Assembly: GCA_964426525.1 (NCBI GenBank)
Contig: CAYRQL010000002.1
Coordinates: 12,753-76,752 of the forward strand
DNA from: an uncultured Actinomycetota bacterium
GTDB taxonomy: Bacteria > Actinomycetota > Aquicultoria > SKW223 > CALKMS01
Reading direction: 5' to 3'
DNA length: 64,000 nucleotides
Part shown: positions 21,635 through 30,096 of the stretch, one piece after another
Layout: each line of letters begins with the position of its first letter
Numbering within the stretch: position 1 is the first letter of the stretch
The notes under the pieces: model-generated
Seen by the model: the letters and a program-made list of their open reading frames with translations, nothing else
Told to the model about the DNA's origin: nothing
The model's database searches: none
Position numbers and translations under genes: made by a program

Positions 21635-22706
21635 GCCGCCACTTGCCGTTTTTTGAAAACTCTAGAATCTCTTCAAAAAGACCCATATAGTAAGCTACCA
21701 CTATACTAACAATGAACATTACAACCAAACTGAGGCGGTAAAAATTAAGCGATGTAAAACGAAAAGAAAGACCAGAAAAACTCAAGAGCGCTGTCCAGAG
21801 ATAAATAATTAAAACAGTTCGCCGCTGGGAAATCCCTTTTTTCAAAAACCGGTGATGTAAATGTTCCTTATCGGGTTCAGTAATTGAACGTTTCCTGAGA
21901 AAGCGCCTGACGATAGCAAAAAATGTATCAAGAATCGGCACACCCATTACTATAACTGGAAAAAGAAAAGCCGCTGCCGCTAAGCTTTTCAAAACTCCTT
22001 GAACGGTAACCGCCCCCAGAACCAGGCCAAGGAAAAGGCTTCCAGTATCACCCATAAATATCTTAGCCGGGTAAAAATTGTGTCGCAAAAAACCTAAAGC
22101 TGCTCCAGCCACTGCTAAGGAAAGGAGAGCCGTAAAATGTTGCCCAATTTTTAGACTATAAAAAAAGAAACTCAAAGCAGCGATAGCTGAGACCCCCGCC
22201 GCCAAACCATCAAGCCCATCAATAAAATTAACAATGTTCATAAAAGAAACCAACCAGAAAAAGGTCAAAGGCAAAGCCCAAAAGCCAAAAGAAATTACTC
22301 CCACTGAAGGCAAGCGAATAAAATCAATGCTAAAACCAAAATAAACAAGAATCGCCGCAGCAATCATCTGACCAAAAAATTTATCTCGAGGACTTAAGCT
22401 GCGAAAATCATCAGCAATGCCAATTATTAAAATTATGCCAGCTGAGATTGCCAATCCTAAAATCTCATCAAATTTAAATAAGAAGCTTTTACCCTCAATT
22501 AGCCAGCGAAAAATACCAACAAGAATAGCAAAAGTAGTTGCAAAATAAATAGCTAAACCTCCCAAGCGAGGCACTGGTCGGGTATGAATTTTGCGGTGGT
22601 CTGGCTGGTCAACTGCTCCTAACTTTACAGCCAAACGACCAGCCAGAGGGGTGAAAAGGTAAGCTAAACCAAAACTGACTATAAAAACTACTAAATAAAA
22701 ACTCAT
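21624..22706 (-). CDS. MraY/WecA/TagO family polyprenyl-phosphate HexNAc-1-P transferase
   Basis: RKIH, PRLGGLAI, GIADD, NFIDGLDGLA, FMGDTG, PDKEHLHH. Confidence 0.93.
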   Translation of the reverse strand: MSFYLVVFIVSFGLAYLFTPLAGRLAVKLGAVDQPDHRKIHTRPVPRLGGLAIYFATTFAILVGIFRWLIEGKSFLFKFDEILGLAISAGIILIIGIADDFRSLSPRDKFFGQMIAAAILVYFGFSIDFIRLPSVGVISFGFWALPLTFFWLVSFMNIVNFIDGLDGLAAGVSAIAALSFFFYSLKIGQHFTALLSLAVAGAALGFLRHNFYPAKIFMGDTGSLFLGLVLGAVTVQGVLKSLAAAAFLFPVIVMGVPILDTFFAIVRRFLRKRSITEPDKEHLHHRFLKKGISQRRTVLIIYLWTALLSFSGLSFRFTSLNFYRLSLVVMFIVSIVVAYYMGLFEEILEFSKNGKWRRGK

Positions 22707-23186
22707 TTAAACGCTCAGTTTTTCTAAATCAGTGCCAGCTTCTTTAAACAAACTCGAAGAAAGCTCATCAGGATAGTCCTCTAAATAAAAAATTTTCACA
22801 ATACCAGCATTAATCAGCATCTTAGCGCAAAGCGAACAAGGGAAATGAGTCGTGTAAAGCACTGCTTTGTCAACCGATACACCATAAATTGCTGCCTGTA
22901 AAATAGCGTTTTGTTCAGCATGCAATCCTCGACAAAGCTCATGCCTTTCTCCCGAAGCAACTCCTTGGCTTTCTCTCAAACAGCCAATCTCAAGGCAGTG
23001 TCGCAGTCCCCTGGGAGCTCCATTGTAACCAGTAGTTAAAATGCGCTTATCCCTTACTAAAACCGCCCCAGTTTGCCTTCTTAAACAAGTTGAGCGGGTT
23101 TTAACTTGTTGAGCAATAGTCAAAAAATAATTGTCCCAGCTTGGCCTATTGCCTGATTTCATCTTCTTGATTTTATCACAAATCAA
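22707..23186 (-). CDS. dCMP deaminase (ComEB-like) family
   Basis: [30 protein letters not shown] zinc ligands. Confidence 0.92.
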   Translation of the reverse strand: MICDKIKKMKSGNRPSWDNYFLTIAQQVKTRSTCLRRQTGAVLVRDKRILTTGYNGAPRGLRHCLEIGCLRESQGVASGERHELCRGLHAEQNAILQAAIYGVSVDKAVLYTTHFPCSLCAKMLINAGIVKIFYLEDYPDELSSSLFKEAGTDLEKLSV

Positions 23187-23248
23187 AGAAGCGCCGCCTA
23201 AAAGAAACTAACTAATGGAGTGGGTCAATCGGTTAGTATAAAGAAAGT

Positions 23249-24007
23249 TTAAAGGTCAGTTTCTTTTTTCTTTGCAGAAGAAGATGAATGACCTTCAGCA
23301 ACTTCTAACAACCCTACGGAGTAAAGACCATAAAGAATTTTGCAAGCTTCAAAATCGCTAATCCCTAAAGCTCTTATAATTGTATTAATATCTCGATTAC
23401 CATCAATAAATCTCAAAAGTTTCCATTCCTTTGGCTTCAAAAGTATCTCCCGTTCTCCTTCGCCAGGAGCCTCAGCCATTCGAAAAACTATCTCAAGAGA
23501 AGGAATTTTTTGTTTAATCCTTTCCCACTCTTTAAGACGACGAGCTGACTCCATTATTAAGTTGTCGGTGGAAACAGAAATTCCTATATCTTCTTCCTCA
23601 GCAACTTTCTTGGTTTCAAAGAAAAAATCTCCTTCTGGCCAGCGAAAAAGGTCGAAAACGCTGTCCAGTATCTGCTTCTGAATAAAGGCTTCCAGGCTTT
23701 CGCGCTCAATGTATTTCTTTTCGATTAAAATTTGGCCGAGACGTCGCTTACCACCTTCTTTTTCTTGAATGCTTAAGGCTGCTTCAAGTTGATCGCGAGA
23801 GATTTTCCTAGCCCTTAAAAGTCGAGTTCCCAAAGAGGTTCGATTCCAATCTGAACGAGCAAAGTAAACATTTCCCTCACGAAAATAAATTTGCCCTTGA
23901 GCTCCAGGACGAGCAATATTCAACACACCAGTTTTCTTGGAAACTTCGATTAACTTCAAAACTTCCGCTAAGCTAAACTCTTTGAGGTTGCCCTCAAGTC
24001 CCAACAC
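23249..24007 (-). CDS. DUF4388-domain protein with MshEN-like tandem motif
   Basis: LEGNLKEFSLAEVL...KTGVL...IYFREG, then two 24-aa (R/S)LGxxL...Q motifs. The likely start is GTG at 24007 after a GGAGG SD (the ORF track starts at 24019). Confidence 0.75.
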   Translation of the reverse strand: MLGLEGNLKEFSLAEVLKLIEVSKKTGVLNIARPGAQGQIYFREGNVYFARSDWNRTSLGTRLLRARKISRDQLEAALSIQEKEGGKRRLGQILIEKKYIERESLEAFIQKQILDSVFDLFRWPEGDFFFETKKVAEEEDIGISVSTDNLIMESARRLKEWERIKQKIPSLEIVFRMAEAPGEGEREILLKPKEWKLLRFIDGNRDINTIIRALGISDFEACKILYGLYSVGLLEVAEGHSSSSAKKKETDL

Positions 24008-24124
24008 TTCACCTCCCAATTAGTAATAGCTGAAATATTTTAACTTAGCTTAAGCTTGGTTTAAACAACTTTCAGTTTGATAGTTTAATAGTAACCCAAA
24101 TTACATTAAAAAAGAAATAAAAAG

Positions 24125-24808
24125 TTAATAAGTCTTAATTATCTCAACCCCAGTAATGGTGTCACCTATTTTTATTTTCTTAACTACTTCAAAACCCTCA
24201 ATTACCTGCCCAAAAACAGTGTAATTTCCATCCAGCTGAGGTTGAGGTGAAAGACAAATATAAAACTGAGACCCAGCACTATCAGGGTCTTGACTTCGAG
24301 CCATGGCTACCGTTCCAGTTTGATGTGGCAAATCATTAAACTCGGCTGGGATAGTATAACCGGGTCCACCGGTTCCATCATTTCCAGGAAAATTATCTTT
24401 ACTTAGGGGGTCGCCACCTTGAACAACAAAATTGGGAACTACCCGATGAAAAAGAGTGCCATTATAAAATCCCTTTTCGGCCAAGTAGACAAAGTTAGCA
24501 CAGGTTATAGGAGCTTTCTCGGGAAATAATTTAATCTTGATTTTTCCCTGTTTTAAGTTTAAAACAACTTGTGTTACTTTGAGCTCCTCAATATTTTCTT
24601 TCTTCAGATTAAAAAGAAAAGCTGGGGCTCCACCGGAAACTTCAGTCGGCACTGTGTTCTCTTCGAACTGTTTTGGCGGTTTTTGAGTTCGCCCCTCCCC
24701 TGACTCTGGAGTTATATTAGAAGAACAACCCGTTAAAAAAAGGGAAATTAAGAATACAAATAGCAGATTTTTCAGTTTTAATAACAGTCTTAATTTATTA
24801 GTTAGCAA
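24125..24808 (-). CDS. Cyclophilin-type peptidyl-prolyl isomerase, lipoprotein
   Basis: Lipobox LTGC; FHRVVPNFVVQGGDP, GTVAMAR, AGSQFYI, LDGNYTVFGQV. Confidence 0.95.
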   Translation of the reverse strand: MLTNKLRLLLKLKNLLFVFLISLFLTGCSSNITPESGEGRTQKPPKQFEENTVPTEVSGGAPAFLFNLKKENIEELKVTQVVLNLKQGKIKIKLFPEKAPITCANFVYLAEKGFYNGTLFHRVVPNFVVQGGDPLSKDNFPGNDGTGGPGYTIPAEFNDLPHQTGTVAMARSQDPDSAGSQFYICLSPQPQLDGNYTVFGQVIEGFEVVKKIKIGDTITGVEIIKTY

Positions 24809-24827
24809 ATCTTATCCTTTCTAACAC

Positions 24828-25862
24828 TCATTTGTATGACCAGGAAATTGAACCGTCTGTTGGTATAACTTCAATCCAGGTTAAACCTGGATTAAATTGC
24901 AACCTCTCGCCTTTATCATTGAGAAAAACCGGCGCGCCTGCCTTTGAAAACCATTTAGCAGCAATAACCTTCCCATCGGTAAAAACCAAAGCCTTCCCTT
25001 GACCAGTTAAGGAAAAATCTGGGCTTCTTGAACCTTTTTTATCTCTAAGCCCAGACCAGTTCAGCTTAGCAAAAAAGAATATAACATTCTTGGCTCGAAG
25101 CTTTTTACCACTAAGAGCGTCGACCGAAGCTTTACTTGATTGATATCGAAAATAACAGTTAGTTTTGGAATCGTAAACAAAGCGAGCCCGACAGACTGAA
25201 GAGAAATCAACTTTTAAACTTGTAGCTGTTGGAGTGGTGGCCGGCGTATTGCTTTTAAAAAGAAATCCCTGATGTTCAACTTTTTTTTCCAGTTTCTTTC
25301 GGGCTAAATAATCCCGGATTTTACTAGTGTTAGTATAAAGATTATGAGGCATTCTTCGGTAACGACTTCTCCAGAAAAGCTCCCCATGTCCTCCGTGATC
25401 AAGTAGTAAAAAGGGGCTAGCTCGAAGTTCCCTCATCACCCTTTTGCTAGCACCTGAAAAAACCAGCACCCCTTGATACTGGCCCAAAATCTCAAGATCA
25501 GGTAAGCGTCCACTTCGCACTGGACCTACTGTTTCGCTCTCTCCGTGTAAATAAACAACATTAAATCGGGTAATAAAGCCTTCAACCGGAAATTCATATA
25601 TTAGGCAGGCTTTGCTTAAACCACTCTGCGGACGAGCACTAGGTGAATTTTCAACTTTAATTACCAGCGAGCTCCTTTTAATCTGGCTCTCTTTTTCAGC
25701 CTTTATTCCACAAAGGGGGCAGTAAAAAACTGGCTTGACTTTCTTTTGAACCTTAAAGTCTTTCTTTTGTTTGACCGGTAATTCTTTTAAACCACAACCA
25801 GCCAACAAAGCTAAGCCCTGCAAAGCAAGAAAAAGAGCCAAAATAACCTTTCGAGAAAACAT
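24828..25862 (-). CDS. DUF3048 (YerB-like) lipoprotein
   Basis: Lipobox LAGC; VENSPSARPQSGL, VEGFITRF, GPVRSGR, PHNLY, TWIEV. Confidence 0.85.
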   Translation of the reverse strand: MFSRKVILALFLALQGLALLAGCGLKELPVKQKKDFKVQKKVKPVFYCPLCGIKAEKESQIKRSSLVIKVENSPSARPQSGLSKACLIYEFPVEGFITRFNVVYLHGESETVGPVRSGRLPDLEILGQYQGVLVFSGASKRVMRELRASPFLLLDHGGHGELFWRSRYRRMPHNLYTNTSKIRDYLARKKLEKKVEHQGFLFKSNTPATTPTATSLKVDFSSVCRARFVYDSKTNCYFRYQSSKASVDALSGKKLRAKNVIFFFAKLNWSGLRDKKGSRSPDFSLTGQGKALVFTDGKVIAAKWFSKAGAPVFLNDKGERLQFNPGLTWIEVIPTDGSISWSYK

Positions 25863-25881
25863 TTGAGAAATTATATCAGGT

Positions 25882-25897
25882 TTTGGTTTAAACCAAA
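25882..25897. promoter_or_regulatory. Perfect 16-bp palindrome TTTGGTTTAAACCAAA overlapping the -35 region of the DUF3048 gene promoter (TGaTATAAT 7 nt before the ATG)
   Basis: The palindrome is read directly from the sequence; an operator role is inference. Confidence 0.4.
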
Positions 25898-25898
25898 G

Positions 25899-26432
25899 CT
25901 AGAATTCTCTGCCACCATTTTCCAGCAAGCTCTGTATTCTCTCTCTTGCCACTTGATCAATCGAAAACACATTTAAGCCAGAGTCCAAAATAGTATTCTT
26001 ATTTAAAAGCTTTAACTTTTCCGTGAAGGGAGAAAGCACTTCCGTCAAAGGAACCAGAACAAAAGCCCTTTCTTTAGCAAGAGGGTGAGGAATAGTTAAT
26101 CTTTCTGATTCAATTTCCAGGTCATCAAACAAAACGATATCAATGTCAATAATTCGCGGCCCCCACTTTTCTTTTTTTTCTCTTCCCATTTTCTTTTCAA
26201 TTCTCTGAGTCAAGGTAAGAAATAAAAAAGGGGAAAGGCTGGTTTTAACTTCAGCCACTAGGTTGAGAAAGTCAGGCTGTTTTTCCTTTCCGACTGGTTT
26301 AGTTTCGTAAACCGAAGAAATTTTAATTATTTTATTGCCAGCTTTCTTCAAATTTTCAAGAGCTCTAATTAAATTTTCCAAGCGATTGCCAAGGTTAGAG
26401 CCCAAAGAAAGGTAAGTTAAAAAATCACTCAT
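25899..26432 (-). CDS. folK: 2-amino-4-hydroxy-6-hydroxymethyldihydropteridine diphosphokinase
   Basis: YLSLGSNLG, SSVYETKP, FLN, KWGPRIIDIDI, IPHP, RAFVLVP. Confidence 0.96.
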   Translation of the reverse strand: MSDFLTYLSLGSNLGNRLENLIRALENLKKAGNKIIKISSVYETKPVGKEKQPDFLNLVAEVKTSLSPFLFLTLTQRIEKKMGREKKEKWGPRIIDIDIVLFDDLEIESERLTIPHPLAKERAFVLVPLTEVLSPFTEKLKLLNKNTILDSGLNVFSIDQVARERIQSLLENGGREF

Positions 26433-26444
26433 TTAAATGAAATT

Positions 26445-27386
26445 CTACCAACCCAGATGACAGCGATTGCAATAAGCATTTGATCCGTGGCACTTGAAGC
26501 ACCAGGAACTACCCCTCTCTTTCACTACGCGTTTGTGAACCGCTCGCCACTTTTCTTTTGGTGGGTTATAACCCGGGTGGTGGCATTTTTCGCAAAAGTA
26601 AGGATCAGTATGACACTTTGAGCATTTGCCAAAAATAGCTTTCTTTTCTTTGTGAGTCGCCAGCCAGCCACCAGGATGGGGCATTTCCATCCCGTGACAG
26701 CGGTCACAAAAATCCTTCTTGCTATAATGACAGTAAGTGCAGGAAGAAATGTTTTCTTTAGCTGACTTTCCATGGTTTTTGCCCCAGTCATCAGCATCAT
26801 GAGAGGCGGGGGTCAGTTTAAACCCTTCTGGATGGCAAGCTTCGCATTTATTCGGTCCTTTTTTCTTCCGGTGGCAATCAAGACAAAAATCCATTGTAAT
26901 CCGTTCAGCATAGTCCTTTAAGTCAGGGTGACCCACCCGATTATGGCAATAAGCGCAAGTAAGATTTTCTCTATTGTGAACTCGGTGATCAAACATGACC
27001 GAAAGGCTAATTTTCTTTCCGGGTTCCAAGTGGCAAGTTAGACAGTTTTCTGAAGGCAGTTCTTCACTTAAACGGCTTCCCTTATTAATTGGTTTTTCAT
27101 AACCTCCAGTAAAATGCAAAACAAGCTCTTTAGAAGCTTTAACTTTATCAATCAACAAATTAATAATTCCCGGCTCAACATGACAACTCAGACAGTTGCT
27201 TCCTTGATGAGAAGATCTTCGCCAGGAAAGATAAGCAGGTTTCATTTCATGGCAGCTTCCACAAAACTGAGGCTTCAAAGTTAAAGAAAAAAGCCAGCCC
27301 AGCAACAAAAAAATTAAAAGAATAAGATAAAAGCCAATTTGGGGATATTCTCTTATAAAAGAAAAAAAGCGCTTCAAAAAAGTCAT
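26445..27386 (-). CDS. Membrane-anchored 12-heme c-type cytochrome with a NapC/NirT-like N-terminus
   Basis: One N-terminal TM helix; 12 CxxCH motifs counted, the first being CGSCHEM (NapC/NrfH-type CxxCHxM). Confidence 0.92.
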   Translation of the reverse strand: MTFLKRFFSFIREYPQIGFYLILLIFLLLGWLFSLTLKPQFCGSCHEMKPAYLSWRRSSHQGSNCLSCHVEPGIINLLIDKVKASKELVLHFTGGYEKPINKGSRLSEELPSENCLTCHLEPGKKISLSVMFDHRVHNRENLTCAYCHNRVGHPDLKDYAERITMDFCLDCHRKKKGPNKCEACHPEGFKLTPASHDADDWGKNHGKSAKENISSCTYCHYSKKDFCDRCHGMEMPHPGGWLATHKEKKAIFGKCSKCHTDPYFCEKCHHPGYNPPKEKWRAVHKRVVKERGSSWCFKCHGSNAYCNRCHLGW

Positions 27387-27395
27387 GCTTGCTTA

Positions 27396-27425
27396 ACTAT
27401 AGCCAACCTCAATTACTCAAGTCAA
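27396..27425 (-). promoter_or_regulatory. Putative promoter of the cytochrome gene
   Basis: TTGACT-18 bp-TATAGT, 9 nt before the ATG, with no SD. Confidence 0.5.
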
Positions 27426-27468
27426 GAAAAACCATAATGAAAATTTTTGTTTAAACGGCTATTCTAAA

Positions 27469-29196
27469 ATGGTAATATTTTTCCGAATGGAAGAGCTTTT
27501 ACTTAATAGATACCGAATTTTACAAAAAATTGGTGAAGGTGCAACTGGACAAGTTTTCAAAGCCTTTGACACAAAAATCGGTCGAGAAGTTGCGATTAAA
27601 AGAATAGCAGCTTCGCCAACCACTGCTCCCCGCGTTCTTCGGGAACTGCGAACTCTGGCCAACTTAAACCACCCAAACATTGTGACTGTTTTTGAATTCG
27701 AAGAAACCCCTCTATACTACTTCATTATCATGGAATACTTAAATGGTCCCACCTTGCGAGACATTCTACTTGAAAGAGGCCGGCTTACTGTTCCTCAAGC
27801 TGTTTCTATTGCCTCACAAGTAGCTGAAGCTCTAGAGTACGCTCATGGATTCGAAATAATTCACCGTGATATAAAACCAGAAAACATTATTGTCTTGAGA
27901 GACGGGCGGGTTAAAGTCACTGATTTCGGTATTGCTCGCTTGATAAGCCGAGACTTCAGCGAGAAAAAAGTCGTCGGCACTCTTGGCTATATGTCCCCTG
28001 AACAAATTACAGGAAGATTTGTTGATGAAACTGCCGATATTTTTGCTTTGGGAACTGTCTTATACGAATCACTGACCGGACAAAACCCATTTTATGCCGG
28101 CAGTTTTCGAGAAACCGCCACTCGAATTATAAACTTCAACCCTTCACCCCCAAGCCTAATCAACCCAGAAGTACCCAAAGAGCTTGACACCATTACTTTA
28201 AAGGCAATCTCGAAAGATGCTGATGTGCGCTACGAATCAGCTCGAGCCTTTAAGCAAGCTCTCTCAGCTGTCACACCCGCAATTCCTTTAGAAGAAGTAA
28301 CTGAGGCCTTGGGAAAGTCAGTTAGTAAAAAAGAGGTCCCGGTTAAAAAGTTTTCAATCTGGGAAAGAATTAGTCAGCAATCTTCTTATTTAGAAATAGC
28401 TTTACTGGGAGTTATTTCCTCCTGGATAACTTATTACTATCTCTACTATCTCGAAGGAGACAGTTTTTATCCTCCTCGCTTTAAACTTCTAATAATCCTT
28501 CTTCCCTTAATCGTCACTTTTCTTTCTGAGCGCTTGACCTTGTGGGTACTGGCAATATTTTTTACCCTCCCTTTTATCAAAGTTTCAATAGTTCAAGCCC
28601 TAATCTTCTTTTTAATTTTCATTTTTTACGCCATGCTTTTTAATGAGTTTAAACCAGTTTATGGAGCACTGCCTTTTCTGGTTTTCCTTCTATCCCCAAT
28701 TAAAGCCCTTTTTGCCTTCCCGTTGGTTGTTGCCCTTTTCCTCAGGCCTTCTTACTCGCCTTTAGTTGCCGGAATGGGCTGTCTTTTTTTAGAATTAGAA
28801 ATAATTAAAACCCGCCCAACGCTCTGGCCCTTTATGATACCCAATAAATTTTTATCCTACCCCCACTTAAATTCAGACGACACTTTATTCCAGGCAATAA
28901 CCAAGCTCTTTCTGCCTTTTTTAAAGGAGCCCGTTCTTCTCGCTCAGATTATCATTTGGGGATTAAGTGCGCTGGTACTGGGCTTTATCAGTAAGTTCTT
29001 CTTAAAAAAATGGCAGGGAGATGCAGTCGGCTTAATTTCAGCTGCCATTTTTCTCTGGATTTCTTACGCCTGGTTGTTTCCTTTATTCAGTCTTCCCAAG
29101 GCAAAAATTGAAATTCCTCTTTTGATTGGTGTTGTTTTATCTGGACTAATTTATGCTTTCTATCACTTTGTTAAGGGGATTTTGGAAAGGCTTTAA
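27469..29196 (+). CDS. Hanks-type Ser/Thr protein kinase with a polytopic C-terminal membrane domain (alternative start ATG 27487)
   Basis: IGEGATGQVF, VAIK, HRDIKPEN, DFG, GTLGYMSPEQ; the C-terminal ~270 aa are mostly hydrophobic. Confidence 0.95.
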   Translation: MVIFFRMEELLLNRYRILQKIGEGATGQVFKAFDTKIGREVAIKRIAASPTTAPRVLRELRTLANLNHPNIVTVFEFEETPLYYFIIMEYLNGPTLRDILLERGRLTVPQAVSIASQVAEALEYAHGFEIIHRDIKPENIIVLRDGRVKVTDFGIARLISRDFSEKKVVGTLGYMSPEQITGRFVDETADIFALGTVLYESLTGQNPFYAGSFRETATRIINFNPSPPSLINPEVPKELDTITLKAISKDADVRYESARAFKQALSAVTPAIPLEEVTEALGKSVSKKEVPVKKFSIWERISQQSSYLEIALLGVISSWITYYYLYYLEGDSFYPPRFKLLIILLPLIVTFLSERLTLWVLAIFFTLPFIKVSIVQALIFFLIFIFYAMLFNEFKPVYGALPFLVFLLSPIKALFAFPLVVALFLRPSYSPLVAGMGCLFLELEIIKTRPTLWPFMIPNKFLSYPHLNSDDTLFQAITKLFLPFLKEPVLLAQIIIWGLSALVLGFISKFFLKKWQGDAVGLISAAIFLWISYAWLFPLFSLPKAKIEIPLLIGVVLSGLIYAFYHFVKGILERL

Positions 29197-30031
29197 CAGC
29201 TTCGGCTACAACTTCGAGTATTTGGTGAATGTCTAAACTTGCCAGAGGAAAAAGCAAAGTAGAAATAGATTGGTGAGAAAGGCAACCACTTTCTTTTAAG
29301 GCCAGCAACAAACGTAAATCTTCGAAAGCAATAACATTAATTAAATGAAGGGCTTCCTTTTGAACTATTGCTGCCTTAAAAACACCCGCTTGCGTTTGGG
29401 AAGGAACCACAAGTAAAAAAGATATTGGTTCTTTAAGTTTTGTTTCTGAAAAAAGCAAACCTTCAATCAGGCGGACTGCTCCTTCAACAGAAAAATCTTC
29501 AATAATCGGCTGAATCCAGATTTTACGCCCTAATTGACTTTCCCAGAGATTTTTCTGAACTTGAAAACCAAATGTCTGGCCAGCCCAAAAAAGGTATTGG
29601 GTAAACTCTTCCATCGAAGCCTCTTCACTCAAGGTAGGAACCGCAGCCGTAATTGCCGAAGGGTCGCGCCTTTTTAATATCCTCCAGTCGCCAGTCAACA
29701 TTTCCCGTAAATCCATGGAAAGGATTTGAGCTAAACCTTTCCGTTTTAGTTTCAATTTCGTACCAAAAAAATCAACAGTATCAACATCTTCATCGCTAAC
29801 AGGAGGAACCGAAGGAAGCATAGTTAAAGAATAAGGGGTCCTTTCGCTAACAACTGAACTTTCCTGGGTAGGCTTTTCTTCTCCCGCAGTTTCAGCCGCC
29901 GAAGGTGATTCCTCGCCTCCTGATTTTTTTCTTTCACCTTCACTGGGAACATTACCCAAAAGAAAAAAACAGTAAGGGCAAAGGTTTTTTTCATCCTCTG
30001 GCAAAGGAGCCCCACACCTTGGACAGTCCAT
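29171..30031 (-). CDS. Hypothetical protein with an N-terminal zinc ribbon
   Basis: CPRC...CPYC, then an acidic S/T/P-rich linker and an alpha/beta C-terminal domain; purine-rich SD-like upstream sequence. Confidence 0.7.
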   Translation of the reverse strand: MDCPRCGAPLPEDEKNLCPYCFFLLGNVPSEGERKKSGGEESPSAAETAGEEKPTQESSVVSERTPYSLTMLPSVPPVSDEDVDTVDFFGTKLKLKRKGLAQILSMDLREMLTGDWRILKRRDPSAITAAVPTLSEEASMEEFTQYLFWAGQTFGFQVQKNLWESQLGRKIWIQPIIEDFSVEGAVRLIEGLLFSETKLKEPISFLLVVPSQTQAGVFKAAIVQKEALHLINVIAFEDLRLLLALKESGCLSHQSISTLLFPLASLDIHQILEVVAEAVKAFPKSP

Positions 30032-30096
30032 TTCTTTTCCTCTCTTCCTAATGAATTTTTTAAAAATTATATACCACTATTGTGGGGATTAAAAGC

